Source: an uncultured Solirubrobacterales bacterium (lineage in GTDB: Bacteria > Actinomycetota > Thermoleophilia > Solirubrobacterales > Solirubrobacteraceae). From it: DNA of 64,000 bases. The notes under the pieces were generated by a model, which had not been told where the DNA came from, made no database searches, and saw only the letters and a list, made by a program, of their open reading frames with translations. Positions 47,850-58,200 of the stretch are shown one piece after another; position 1 is the first letter of the stretch; every line of letters begins with the position of its first letter. The position numbers and the translations under genes were made by a program. The DNA is taken from positions 70,698 through 134,697 of the forward strand of contig CAWGLB010000011.1 of assembly GCA_963823315.1 (NCBI GenBank), read 5' to 3'.

Positions 47850-48707
47850 GTGTGGCTTGATCGCTACCGGTGTGCGGCGACGATCTCGGTGGATTTCGAC
47901 GCCGAGACGCTGTGGAGCGGGACGTTCAACCTGAACACGCCCAGCCCGATGTCGAGAGGCGACTACGACATCAGGGCGGCGCTGCCCCGCATCCACGCGC
48001 TATTTGACCGGCACGAGATCCCGGCGACCTTCATGGTCCCCGCTCAGGTGGTTGACGAGCACCCCGATGCCTGTGCCGAGATCGCCGAGCGGGGGCGCCA
48101 CGAGGTCGGCTACCACGGCTACCACCACGAGAGCGTGCTCGACATGCCGGTCGAGCAGGAGCGCGAGCTGATGCAGCGAGGCATGGCCCGGCTCGAGGAG
48201 ACATTCGGCTCGAGGCCTCGGGGCAACCGCTCGCCGCCGTTCGCCCTGGGGCCCAATACGGCCGAGCTGCTGGAGGAGTTCGGATTCGCCTATGACTCGA
48301 GCCTGTTCGGCCACGACGAGCCGTACCGGCCCCGGGTGCCGATCACTGATGGCCCCTTGCGCGACTTCGTCGAGTTGCCCGTGAGCTGGGAGCTCGACGA
48401 CGCGCCCTACTTCCTTTTCAACTTCTTCCCCTACATGTCCGGCTTCTGCACCCCCAGCCAGGTGCTGGAGATCTGGAAGGCCGAGTTCGACGGCTCCTAT
48501 CGCGCCGGAGGCTGTTTCCTGCTGGTCATCCACCCGTTCTGCATCGGGCGTCATCCGCGGATGGCGATGCTCGACGAGTTGATCTCGTACATCCGGAGCT
48601 CCGGCGAAGTGTGGTTTGCGACGCACCTGGAGGTGGCGCAGGAATGGCGTCGTAACCAGGTCGCCCAGGGCACGTGGGATGCGCAGGCCCGGGCCGCGGC
48701 GGGTTAG
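47850..48707 (+). CDS. CE4 polysaccharide-deacetylase-fold hydrolase (PuuE/HpPgdA-like)
   Basis: ISVDFD, PATFMVP, HGYHHE, GNRSP, YDSS, ELPVSWELDD, IHPFCIG; GTG start after GGGAGG; no signal peptide. Confidence 0.88.
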   Translation: MWLDRYRCAATISVDFDAETLWSGTFNLNTPSPMSRGDYDIRAALPRIHALFDRHEIPATFMVPAQVVDEHPDACAEIAERGRHEVGYHGYHHESVLDMPVEQERELMQRGMARLEETFGSRPRGNRSPPFALGPNTAELLEEFGFAYDSSLFGHDEPYRPRVPITDGPLRDFVELPVSWELDDAPYFLFNFFPYMSGFCTPSQVLEIWKAEFDGSYRAGGCFLLVIHPFCIGRHPRMAMLDELISYIRSSGEVWFATHLEVAQEWRRNQVAQGTWDAQARAAAG

Positions 48708-48831
48708 GCGCAAGCTAGGGCGGGAATAACTCGCCACGGCCGCAGTGGCTGAGACGTTTGGATAGTTGCTCTCGCCGGGCGCGACTAATCGGCCACGAGC
48801 CTGACGCCGCTGCTCGTTTGGCGACTTTTGC

Positions 48832-49021
48832 GCGCCCGCGGCCACCGCCCCCGCGCCCGCGGCCACCGCCCCCCGCGCGCCCGCGGCCACCGCGCGCCGC
48901 GCGGGGCCGCCCGCGCCGCGCACGCCCGCGCTGCACGCCCGCGGCCACCGCCCCCCAGCGTGCGCGGCGGCCGCCCGCGCCGCGCGCGCCCGCGCTGCCC
49001 GCCCGAGCCGCCTCCGCCCGC
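48832..49021. repeat. Almost purely G+C tandem repeat / low-complexity tract
   Basis: 21-mer GCGCCCGCGGCCACCGCCCCC exactly twice (48832-48873), partial copies near 48876 and 48936; almost no T. Confidence 0.85.
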
Positions 49022-50737
49022 CTACTCCTCGCTCAGCCCGTACTTTTCTCGCGCCGACTCGGGGCTGACGTACCCCTCGTCGACGTCGGCCCTCACCGCC
49101 TCGCGCTCGCGCTCGAGCGGATCGCCGTAGCCACCGCCGCAGGGCGAGACCAGGCACAGCCTGTCGCCCGCCGCCGCCTTCCGGTACGGGAACTTCGAGG
49201 GCAGCTCGAGCTCGCCGTCGCCGCCCCGATTGACCCACACCGCGCCCGGCGCGCCAGCTTGTCCCCCGAACAGCCCGGGCGGCGCCCAGACGGAGCCGTC
49301 CCCCTCCAGCGAGTAGCCGGCGGCGTCCAGGAACTCCACCTCGCGCACGGTGCCGAGGCCGCCCCGCCAGCGCCCCGCGCCCGCCCCATCCTCGAGCAAC
49401 TCGTACTGGGTGACGCGCAGCGGCAGGTGCGACTCGATGTCCTCGATCGGGTTGTTGCGGGTGTTGGCGTAGAGGGTGTCGACCGCGTCCAGGCCATCCT
49501 TGCCGTGACGACCGCCATAGCTGGCTTCGTGAATATCCATGTGCACCCAGTGGCGACCCTGACGGAAGCCCGAGTAGGCGATCACCTTGAGGTTCCCCAC
49601 CCCGGCGCTGACCCGGTCAGGCACGATCGGCGCCAGCGCCCGCATCAGCGTGTCGGCGACGAGATTGCCGCCACAGAAGCGGGCGATCGTGGGGGCGGGA
49701 AAGCGGGGGTTGGCCAGACAGCCCTCGGGCGCGCTGATCGAGATCGCCCTGAAGAGCCCAGAATTGGTAGGCACCGGGTCGTGCGTCGCGGAGTCCAGCA
49801 GGATCGAGCGCAGCGTCATCCAGACCGCGATGTCGACCGTGCCAACGAACGGCATGTTGACCGGTAGGTCGATCTGCGGCGAGGTGCCGCTGAGATCCAC
49901 CTCGATCTCGGTGCCTTCGATGGTCACGGCGACCGCGATACGAAGGTCCTTGTGCGCGGGATCGGGATCGTTGACGAACCCGTCGAGATACCCCTCGGCG
50001 CGGTAGGTGCCGTCGGGCAGCCGCTCGATCTCCCGGCGCAGCATCGCCTCCGAGTAATCCATCAAGTCCTCGCTGGCATCTCGTACCGTCTGAAGCCCGT
50101 AGCGCTCGACCAGCTCGAGGAAGCGCGCCGCGCCAGCCTTGGCCGCCGCCACCTGCGCGGCCATGTCGCCGACCACCACGTGCTCAGCACGCACGTTGTC
50201 GCGGATCAGCTGCCACACCCACTCGTTGCGTCGCCCCTGCTCCTCGACCTTGATCGCGGCGAACTGAAGGCCTTCCGCGTACGCATCCGTGGCGTCCACG
50301 ATCCCGCAGGTGCCGGGGGTGAGCGCCCCGAGATCCAGGTGGTGCGCCGTGGTCGCGGAGAAGCCCACCAGCTCGTCGCGATAGAAGATCGGCACACAGA
50401 AGCCGACGTCGGGCTGGTGCGAGGCGCCGTAGTAGGCGTGGTTGTGAATCACCACGTCGCCGGGCCTCCATTCCGCCCCCAGCTCGGCGAAGCGCCGCTC
50501 GATGCCGCGGATATAGCCCGGAATCGGGCCCGACTGGAGCGGCGTGGACTGAGACGATTCACACAGCTGCCGGCCCCGCTCGTCGCAGATCACGCAGCCG
50601 AAGTCCTCCGACTCGCGAATGATCGAGGAGAAGGACATACGGGCGAGCTTGTGGCCCATCTCGACGGCGATCGAGTCGAGCGCACCGGCGATCACGGCGG
50701 CGGTGACCGGGTCGACGCGGCTCCGGACGGTGCTCAT
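49022..50737 (-). CDS. Hydantoinase B/oxoprolinase-family subunit
   Basis: FSSIIRESEDFGC, YGASHQPD, TAHHLDLG, YGGRHGKDG, NTRNNPIE, GAGRWRGG, GGGYGDP. Confidence 0.93.
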   Translation of the reverse strand: MSTVRSRVDPVTAAVIAGALDSIAVEMGHKLARMSFSSIIRESEDFGCVICDERGRQLCESSQSTPLQSGPIPGYIRGIERRFAELGAEWRPGDVVIHNHAYYGASHQPDVGFCVPIFYRDELVGFSATTAHHLDLGALTPGTCGIVDATDAYAEGLQFAAIKVEEQGRRNEWVWQLIRDNVRAEHVVVGDMAAQVAAAKAGAARFLELVERYGLQTVRDASEDLMDYSEAMLRREIERLPDGTYRAEGYLDGFVNDPDPAHKDLRIAVAVTIEGTEIEVDLSGTSPQIDLPVNMPFVGTVDIAVWMTLRSILLDSATHDPVPTNSGLFRAISISAPEGCLANPRFPAPTIARFCGGNLVADTLMRALAPIVPDRVSAGVGNLKVIAYSGFRQGRHWVHMDIHEASYGGRHGKDGLDAVDTLYANTRNNPIEDIESHLPLRVTQYELLEDGAGAGRWRGGLGTVREVEFLDAAGYSLEGDGSVWAPPGLFGGQAGAPGAVWVNRGGDGELELPSKFPYRKAAAGDRLCLVSPCGGGYGDPLEREREAVRADVDEGYVSPESAREKYGLSEE

Positions 50738-52791
50738 CAGGCCACTCTCCTCAGGGTCAGGTTTCCCGACTCGTGGGCGGCGGCGGTCCATCCCGGCGGC
50801 ACGAGCGTGGTGGTGTCAGGATGAAAGACGATCGCGGGGCCCGGCAGCGGCCGGCCGATCTGAAGCGCCTGGCGATCATAGAACTCCGTAGATAGGGACT
50901 CGAGCGCGCCGTTGACCCGGAAGACGCTGTCGCGCTCGCCCACCAGGCCGGTATCCGCAGTCGCGGTGGGCTCGCGCAACCGGGTCAGCTCGGGCCGTCT
51001 TCCGACCGCGCTCACGCGGGCGTTGACGATCTCGATCGGATCCTTGAACGAGTGGCCGTACTCGCGCTCGTGAAGGGCGTGGAAGAGCTCCAGATCGTGC
51101 TCGGAGAATTTCCCGTCGCTCAGAGTCAGCCGTAGCTCGTAGCCCTGGCCCGCGTAGCGGCAGTCGAGCATCCGTGCCACCTCGATGTCGTTCTCGGCGA
51201 CCCCGTCGCGCCGGAGCCACCCCCGCAGCTCCTCCTCGAGTTGCTGCAGAGCCCCGTTGAGCCGCGCCTCGTCGACGCCTCCCTGCACCATGAAAACGGT
51301 CTGCATGCGGTCGTACTTGAGGTCGGAGGTGAGCAGCCCGCTGGCCGAGGTGATGCCGGGGTAGGGCGGCACCAGCACCTCGGGAATGTCAAGCGAATCG
51401 GCCACCTCCGCGGCATGGAGCGGCCCGGCGCCGCCGAAGGCCACCAGCGCGAACTCTCGCGGATCGTGTCCCTTCTCCACCGTACGCGATCTGATCGCGC
51501 GCGCCATGTTCGCGTTGGCGATCGTGATGGCCCCCTCTGCCGCCTCCGCGAGACCCAGCCCCAGCTCGCCCGCCAGGCGCTCGAAGGTGGCGCTCGCGCG
51601 CTCCACATCGAGCTGCATGTGCCCGCCCAGAAAGCGCTCGGGATCGATCCGGCCGAGCACGACGTGGGCGTCGGTCACGGTGGGATCCTCGCCGCCGAGG
51701 CCGTAGCACGCGGGGCCGGGTACGGCGCCGGCGCTGCGCGGGCCGACGCGGAACGCGCCCGCTGCGTCCACGAACGCGATCGACCCACCGCCGGCGCCGA
51801 TCGTATGCACGTCGAGCATCGGGACCAGCAGCGGATAGCCCCCCACCCAAGTGTCTCGGGCCGAGGCCTCGCCGATGCCCTGTTCGGTCACGATCCCGAT
51901 GTCGGCGGAGGTGCCGCCCATGTCGAAGGTGATCAGCCGTCGGCGCCCCGTCAGCGCTCCGGCCCACTGGCCGCCGAGGATGCCGGCGGCCGGCCCCGAC
52001 AGCAGCAGCGTGACGGGCCGCTCGGCGGCGCTCTCCACACTCGCCAGGCCACCGCTCGAGATCATCACGTGCAGGTCCGAGCGCACCTCCTCCGTTTCCA
52101 GGGCAGAGGCGAGCCGCTCGAGGTAAAGCCCCGTCTTCGGCCCCAAGAAGGCGCTCATGCAGGCGGTGGTGAAGCGCTCGAACTCGCGGAATTGAGGGAC
52201 GATGTCCGCACTTGTGGTGACGAACGCTCCGGGCATCTCCTCGCGCACGATCTCCGCGGCGCGCCGCTCGTGCTCGGGGTTCAGGTAAGAGTGCAGGAAG
52301 CAGACGGCGACCGCCTCGACGTCCTCCGCCCGCAGTTCGCGAGCCGCGGCGCGGACCTCCTCCTCGTCGAGTGGAGTCAGCACCTCCCCGCGCGGCGGGA
52401 CGATCCGCTCGGTCACGACCTTGCGATGGCGGCGCCGCACGAACGGCATCACCTGCCAGGGGATGTCCTGCATCACGGAATAGTGCTGGGGGCGCTGGTG
52501 GCGTCCGATGTGGACGATGTCCCGGAAGCCCCTGGTGGTGATCATGCCCACCAAGGCGCCGTCGTGCTCGAGCACGGCGTTGGTGGCGACGGTGGTGGCG
52601 TGGAAGACCGCGTCCAGCTCGGCGGTGTCCAGTCCGGCCCGCTCGCAGAGCTCGACCAGCCCCCTGACCATGGCCCTGTCGGGCGCTTCGCGCGTCGATG
52701 GGACCTTGTGCACGTGGACCGCCCCGGACTCGCTGTCGTGCACCATCAGGTCGGTGAAGGTCCCTCCGATGTCCACTCCGACGGTCTTCAT
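50737..52791 (-). CDS. Hydantoinase A/oxoprolinase-family ATPase subunit
   Basis: GVDIGGTFTD, TTVATNA, LLSGPAAG, FDMGGTSADI, TIGAGGGSIA, AFGGAGPLHA. Confidence 0.94.
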   Translation of the reverse strand: MKTVGVDIGGTFTDLMVHDSESGAVHVHKVPSTREAPDRAMVRGLVELCERAGLDTAELDAVFHATTVATNAVLEHDGALVGMITTRGFRDIVHIGRHQRPQHYSVMQDIPWQVMPFVRRRHRKVVTERIVPPRGEVLTPLDEEEVRAAARELRAEDVEAVAVCFLHSYLNPEHERRAAEIVREEMPGAFVTTSADIVPQFREFERFTTACMSAFLGPKTGLYLERLASALETEEVRSDLHVMISSGGLASVESAAERPVTLLLSGPAAGILGGQWAGALTGRRRLITFDMGGTSADIGIVTEQGIGEASARDTWVGGYPLLVPMLDVHTIGAGGGSIAFVDAAGAFRVGPRSAGAVPGPACYGLGGEDPTVTDAHVVLGRIDPERFLGGHMQLDVERASATFERLAGELGLGLAEAAEGAITIANANMARAIRSRTVEKGHDPREFALVAFGGAGPLHAAEVADSLDIPEVLVPPYPGITSASGLLTSDLKYDRMQTVFMVQGGVDEARLNGALQQLEEELRGWLRRDGVAENDIEVARMLDCRYAGQGYELRLTLSDGKFSEHDLELFHALHEREYGHSFKDPIEIVNARVSAVGRRPELTRLREPTATADTGLVGERDSVFRVNGALESLSTEFYDRQALQIGRPLPGPAIVFHPDTTTLVPPGWTAAAHESGNLTLRRVA

Positions 52792-52896
52792 CGCTCCTGG
52801 CGCCGGAGCTTACTTCCGCGATCTCGCCACTGCTATTAATGTCCGACTTCAGGCCGCAGGCGCTGCGTGCGCGGCCGCGGCAGGAAAGGAGGGAGA

Positions 52897-54141
52897 TTGA
52901 GCAAAGCTCTCGAGGGCGTACGCGTGGTCGACATGACGCATGTCCAGGCGGGGCCCGTTTGCACGCAGCTGTTGGCGTGGCTGGGCGCCGATGTGATCAA
53001 GGTCGAGCCGCCGAGGGGCGACGTCACTCGCACCCAGCTTCGGGATCTCCCCGACGTGGACAGCCTTTATTTCACGATGCTCAACTGCAACAAGCGCAGC
53101 ATCACGCTGGACCTCAAGACGCCCGAGGGCAAGCGTGTGTGCGAGGAGCTGCTGCGCCGCTCCGACGTCCTGGTGGAGAACTTCGCGCCCGGGGCGATGG
53201 ACCGGCTCGGGCTCACCTGGGAGCACCTGCAGGAGCTCAACCCGCGGCTGATCTTCGCCTCGCTGAAGGGCTTTGGGGTGGGCGCGCTCGAACGCGCAAA
53301 GGCTTATGAGCCGATCGCCCAGGCCACGGGCGGCGCGATGAGCACGACCGGCTTCGAGGACGGGCCACCGACCGTCACCGGCGCGCAGATCGGCGACTCA
53401 GGGAACGCGGTGCATCTGTTCGGGGCGATCTGCGCGGCGCTGTATCAGCGGACCAACACGGGCCGAGGGCAGCGGGTGACGATCGCGATGCGCGACGGGA
53501 TCCTCAACCTGTGCAGGGTGAAATTGCGCGATCAGCAGCGGCTCGAGCACGGACCGCTGCGGGAGTATCCGAACCGCGACTTCGGCGATGCCGTGCCCCG
53601 TTCCGGGAACGCCTCCGGTGGAGGTCATCCGGGTTGGGCCGTGCGCTGCAAGGGCGGCGGCCCCAACGACTACCTCTATCTCGTGATCCAGCCGCAGGTC
53701 TGGGCAGTACTGAGTGAGAAGATCGGCCGTCCCGAGCTCGCGGAGGACGCCGACTACGCCACGCCGGAGAAGCGCCTGGAACGCCTGAGCGAGATATTCG
53801 CCACGATCGAGCAGTGGACGCTGACCAAGGACAAGTGGGAGGCATTCGGCGAGCTCAATGAAATCGGCGTGCCCTGCGGGCCCGTGATGGATACGCAGGA
53901 ACTGCTCGACGACCCCGGCCTCGCCGCCACCGGCATGATCGTCGAGGTCGACCACCCCGAGCGGGGCAGGTTCAAGACCGTGGGGTGCCCGTTCAAGCTG
54001 TCTGACTCGCCCGTCGAGATCGTGCGCTCCCCGCTGCTCGGCGAGCACAACGCCGAGTTGCACGAGGAGCTGTTCGCCACCGAGGCGGGCGGGGCCGGAG
54101 TGCCGTCGGCAGAGCCCTCGCCGGCCGGGGAGGGCGTATGA
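52897..54141 (+). CDS. frc: Formyl-CoA:oxalate CoA-transferase (family III)
   Basis: [37 protein letters not shown] (catalytic Asp), [23 protein letters not shown] glycine loop. Confidence 0.9.
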   Translation: MSKALEGVRVVDMTHVQAGPVCTQLLAWLGADVIKVEPPRGDVTRTQLRDLPDVDSLYFTMLNCNKRSITLDLKTPEGKRVCEELLRRSDVLVENFAPGAMDRLGLTWEHLQELNPRLIFASLKGFGVGALERAKAYEPIAQATGGAMSTTGFEDGPPTVTGAQIGDSGNAVHLFGAICAALYQRTNTGRGQRVTIAMRDGILNLCRVKLRDQQRLEHGPLREYPNRDFGDAVPRSGNASGGGHPGWAVRCKGGGPNDYLYLVIQPQVWAVLSEKIGRPELAEDADYATPEKRLERLSEIFATIEQWTLTKDKWEAFGELNEIGVPCGPVMDTQELLDDPGLAATGMIVEVDHPERGRFKTVGCPFKLSDSPVEIVRSPLLGEHNAELHEELFATEAGGAGVPSAEPSPAGEGV

Positions 54142-55142
54142 AGGTAGTCGTGCTCGGAGCCGGCGCGATCGGCGCCTATGTGGGGGCCGCGCTCGATCGG
54201 GGCGGGAGCGACGTGACGCTGATCGCGCGCGGCGCCCATCTCGAGGCCATGCGCCGGCACGGCGTGCGCGTGCTGAGTCCGCGAGGCGACTTCGAGGCGC
54301 ACCCCGCCGTGAGCGACGACTTCGACGCGCTTGAGCACGCCGAGGTCGCGTTCGTCGCGCTCAAGGCCTACAGCCTGCCCGCGCTGGCCGAACGGATCGG
54401 CGGCGCGCTCGGGCCTCGGACCGTGGTGATTCCAGCTCAAAACGGAATCCCCTGGTGGTACTTCCAGTCGCATCCCGGACCGCTCGCCGGCGCGACCGTC
54501 GAGAGCGTCGACCCCGGCGGGGTGATCTCCCGCGCGATCGAGCCCGAGCGAATCGTTGGCTGCGTGGTCTACTGCTCGACCGAAATCATCGAGCCGGGCG
54601 TGATCCGGCACACCGAGGGCACGCGCTTCGCAATCGGCGAGCCCGAGGGCAGCCTCAGCGAGCGCTGCCGGCGCATCTCGGAGGCCTTCGTGGCCGGGGG
54701 CCTCAAGTGCCCGGTCGAGGAGAACCTGCGCGAGCAGATCTGGCTCAAGCTGATCGGCAACGTGGCCTTCAACTCGGTCACCGCCCTCACCGGAGCCACA
54801 CTCGGCGAGCTCGGCATGCTGCCCGAGATGAAGGATCTGCTGCGGGCGATGCTCGAGGAGTCGGCGGCGGTGGCGGGCGCGCTCGGCGTCGAGCTGCCCG
54901 TGTCGATCGAGCGCCGGCTCCAGCGCGGAATCGACGTGGGTGACCACAAGACCTCGACGCTCCAGGACCTGGAGGCGGGGAAGCCGCTCGAGCTCGACTG
55001 CATGAGCGGGGCCGTGATCGAGCTGGCCGGTCGTGTGGGCGTTGCCGTGCCGCACGTGGAGGCGAGCCACGCATGCGCGAAGCTGCTGGACACGCTGGCA
55101 CGCTCCCGAGCGGCGCGCGAGAGCGCCACGGTGGCCGCTTGA
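54138..55142 (+). CDS. Ketopantoate-reductase (PanE/ApbA)-family protein, candidate oxalyl-CoA reductase
   Basis: [32 protein letters not shown]; ATGA-coupled to frc. Confidence 0.85.
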   Translation: MKVVVLGAGAIGAYVGAALDRGGSDVTLIARGAHLEAMRRHGVRVLSPRGDFEAHPAVSDDFDALEHAEVAFVALKAYSLPALAERIGGALGPRTVVIPAQNGIPWWYFQSHPGPLAGATVESVDPGGVISRAIEPERIVGCVVYCSTEIIEPGVIRHTEGTRFAIGEPEGSLSERCRRISEAFVAGGLKCPVEENLREQIWLKLIGNVAFNSVTALTGATLGELGMLPEMKDLLRAMLEESAAVAGALGVELPVSIERRLQRGIDVGDHKTSTLQDLEAGKPLELDCMSGAVIELAGRVGVAVPHVEASHACAKLLDTLARSRAARESATVAA

Positions 55143-55278
55143 GTGGGGGGTCCCGCCAACCTGTCACCCGGGGCGGCGGGCGACCGCACAGCTCGTCGCT
55201 TGAGGTGATCTCCTGCGTTAAGTATCAGTAGTACGCGGGCGTGCCGCGCCCTGCTCCCAACGGTCTGCGGAGGAAGAG

Positions 55279-58200
55279 ATGAAGCGCATCGGTGTTGACG
55301 TCGGCGGCACATTCACGGACCTGATCCTGGTCGACGAGGAGGGGGGCAGGATCACCGTCGACAAGCTTCGCTCGACGCCGGAGGACCCCGCCCGAGCCGT
55401 CGTTGAGGGCGTGCGCGCGCTTTGCGAGAAGGGAGCGGTGGCCCTCTCCGAGGTCGACAACCTGCTGCACGGGACCACCGTCGCGACCAACATCGTCCTC
55501 ACCTACACGGGCGCCGAGGTGGGGATGCTCACGACCGAGGGCTTCCGCGACATCATCCACATCGCTCGGCACAAGAAGCCCTACAACTTCTCGCTGCAGC
55601 TCGAGCTTCCCTGGCAGTCGCGACCGCTGGTGAAGCGGCGCAACCGCCTCACGGTCAAGGAGCGCCTCACGGTGCCGGATGGCGATGTGCTGATAGCGCT
55701 CGACGAGGACGAGGTCCGCGAGCGGGTGCGGGAGCTGCGCGCCGCGGGCGTCGACGCGATCGCGGTCTGCCTGCTCCATTCCTATCTCAATCCGGCTCAC
55801 GAGCAGCGCATCAAGCAGATCGTGCTCGAGGAGCATCCCGACTGCTACCTGTCGGTCTCCCACGAGGTGTTGCCCCTGTATCGCGAATTCGAACGCTTCT
55901 CGACGGTCGCCCTCAACGCCTACGTCGGCCCGCAGGTGTCCCGCTACGTCGCGCGCTTCGACGAGGCGCTGCGCGACGACGGCTTCGCGCACGGGATTCA
56001 CCTGATGCAGTCCGCCGGCGGCATGGCCACGGTGGAGTCGGCGACGCTGCGGCCGGTCAATCTGCTGATGTCAGGACCTGTGGCGGGACTGATTGGCGGG
56101 ATCTGGGCGGGGCGTCTGGCCGGCTTCGAAAACGTGGTCACGCTGGACATCGGCGGCACCTCGGCCGACATCGGCGTCGCCGCCGAGGGTCAGTTGCGGA
56201 TGCGCCACCTGCTCGACACCAAGGTGGGTGACTACCAGGCCATGATCCCCATGGTCGACATCGACACGATCGGCGCGGGCGGCGGTTCGATCGCCTACGT
56301 CGACGAGGGAGGCGTGTTCCGGGTCGGACCGCAATCGGCCGGCGCCGAGCCGGGACCGGCCTGCTATGGCCGGGGAGGCACCGAGCCCACCGCCACCGAC
56401 GCGCAGCTCCTGCTGGGGAGGCTGCGTGGCGACCGCGGTCTGCTGGGGGGCGATATGCACCTCGAGCCTGACCTCGCGCAGGGAGCCATGCGCAGGCTCG
56501 CGCAGCGCCTCGGGATGTCGCTCGAGGAGGCCGCGCTCGGTGCGCTCCAAATCCAGAAGTTCGGCATGACGCAGGCGATCGAGCTGAACTCGGTCAGACG
56601 AGGCTATGACCCGCGCGAGTTCGTGCTAGTCGCCGCGGGAGGAGCCGGGCCGCTGTTCGCCTGCGACATCGCCATGGAGCTCGAGATATCCCGGGTGCTC
56701 GTGCCCAGCTATCCCGGGATCGTGGCCGCCACCGGCCTGCTGGCAACCGATCTTGAGCACGAGTTTGTGGCCACCGAGCGGCATCAGCTCTCGGGCGCCG
56801 ACCTCGAGCGGCTGCGCTCCCGCTTCCAGGAGCTGACCGCGCAGGCGGAGGGCCAGCTAGAGCAGGACGGTGTGCCCGAGGACCGCCGGCTGGTGCGCCG
56901 CCTGGCCGACTGCCGCTACGTGGGACAGGGCTACGAAGTTCGCTTTGACGTCCCCGCCGGCGAGATCGACTCACGCTGGCTGACGGAGCTGGCGGATCGC
57001 TTCCACCGCGCGCATCAGGCCGAATACGGGCACCGTTTCGAGGCGGAGATCGAGCTGGTCAACATCCGCACGATCGCGATCGGGCAGATCCCCGAACTGC
57101 GCCCCGAGCGCCTGGACCGCGGCGACGGCGACCCTGCGCGCGCGCTCACCCTGGAGCGCGAGGTGGTCTTCGACGCGGGCGGCCAGCCGGACCGCCGTCA
57201 GACTCGCTTCTATGAGCGCGAAAGGCTGCTGGCCGGGGACCGGATCGAGGGACCGGCGGTGGTCGAGCAGTACGACACCACGACCGTCATCCCACCCGGC
57301 CTGATCGCCGAGATCGACGACTACGGCAACATCGTGATCGACTGCTCCGCGGCCGCGCGCACGCAGCAGCCGAGCGTCGAGCTGGCCACGCCGATCCTGA
57401 TGCGCGTGATCGGGGGCGCCTGCACGGCGATCGCCAAGGAGATGGCCGGCGTGCTCTTCCGCATGTCGTACAGCTCGATCATCCGCGAGTCCGAGGACCT
57501 CGGCGCGGGCATCTTCGACGCCGAGGGCAATGTGCTCGCCGAGTCGGATTCGACGCCCATGTTCATGGGCGCGATGCCCAAGATCGTCAAGAACGTGATC
57601 AGGCTGCTGGGCGGCGGCATCCACGAGGGGGACGTCATCCTGCACAACGACCCTTACGGAGGCGCCACTCACTCGCCGGACGTCGCGATCGTGATTCCGA
57701 TCTTCTTCGAAGGCGAGCTGGCCGGCTTCGCGGGGGCCTCGGCTCACCTGCTCGATATCGGCGGCGCCTACCCGGGGCTGGCGATCGACCTGGTGGACAA
57801 CTGGTCTGAGGGCAACATCTATCGCGCGATCAAGCTCTCGGAGCGGGGCGTACGTCAGGATCAGATCTGGCGCCACATCCTCGAGAACACGCGCACGGCC
57901 ACCTACAACCGCGGCGACATCGAGGCGATGATCGCCGCCTGCGAGCTGGCTCGGCGCCGCTACCTTGAATTGCTCGCTCGATACGGCGCCGAGACGGTGC
58001 TCCAGGCCGCGGGAGGCTGGCTCGACTATTCCGAGCGGATGCTCCGCCAGGAGATCGAGAAGCTGCCCGACGGCACATATGAAACCGATGTCGGCTGGCT
58101 GGACGACGACGGTCGCACGCGGGGCGTGCCGCTGCCGATCAAGGTGGCGGTCACGATCGAGGGAGACGAGATCACCTTCGACCTAACCGGCTCAAGCGCC

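Noticed and set aside
48832-49021. CRISPR array or Pro/Arg-rich protein (48758-49867 ORF)
   Set aside because: The repeats are adjacent with no unique spacers, no cas genes are present, and the ORF is low-complexity plus antisense to hyuB
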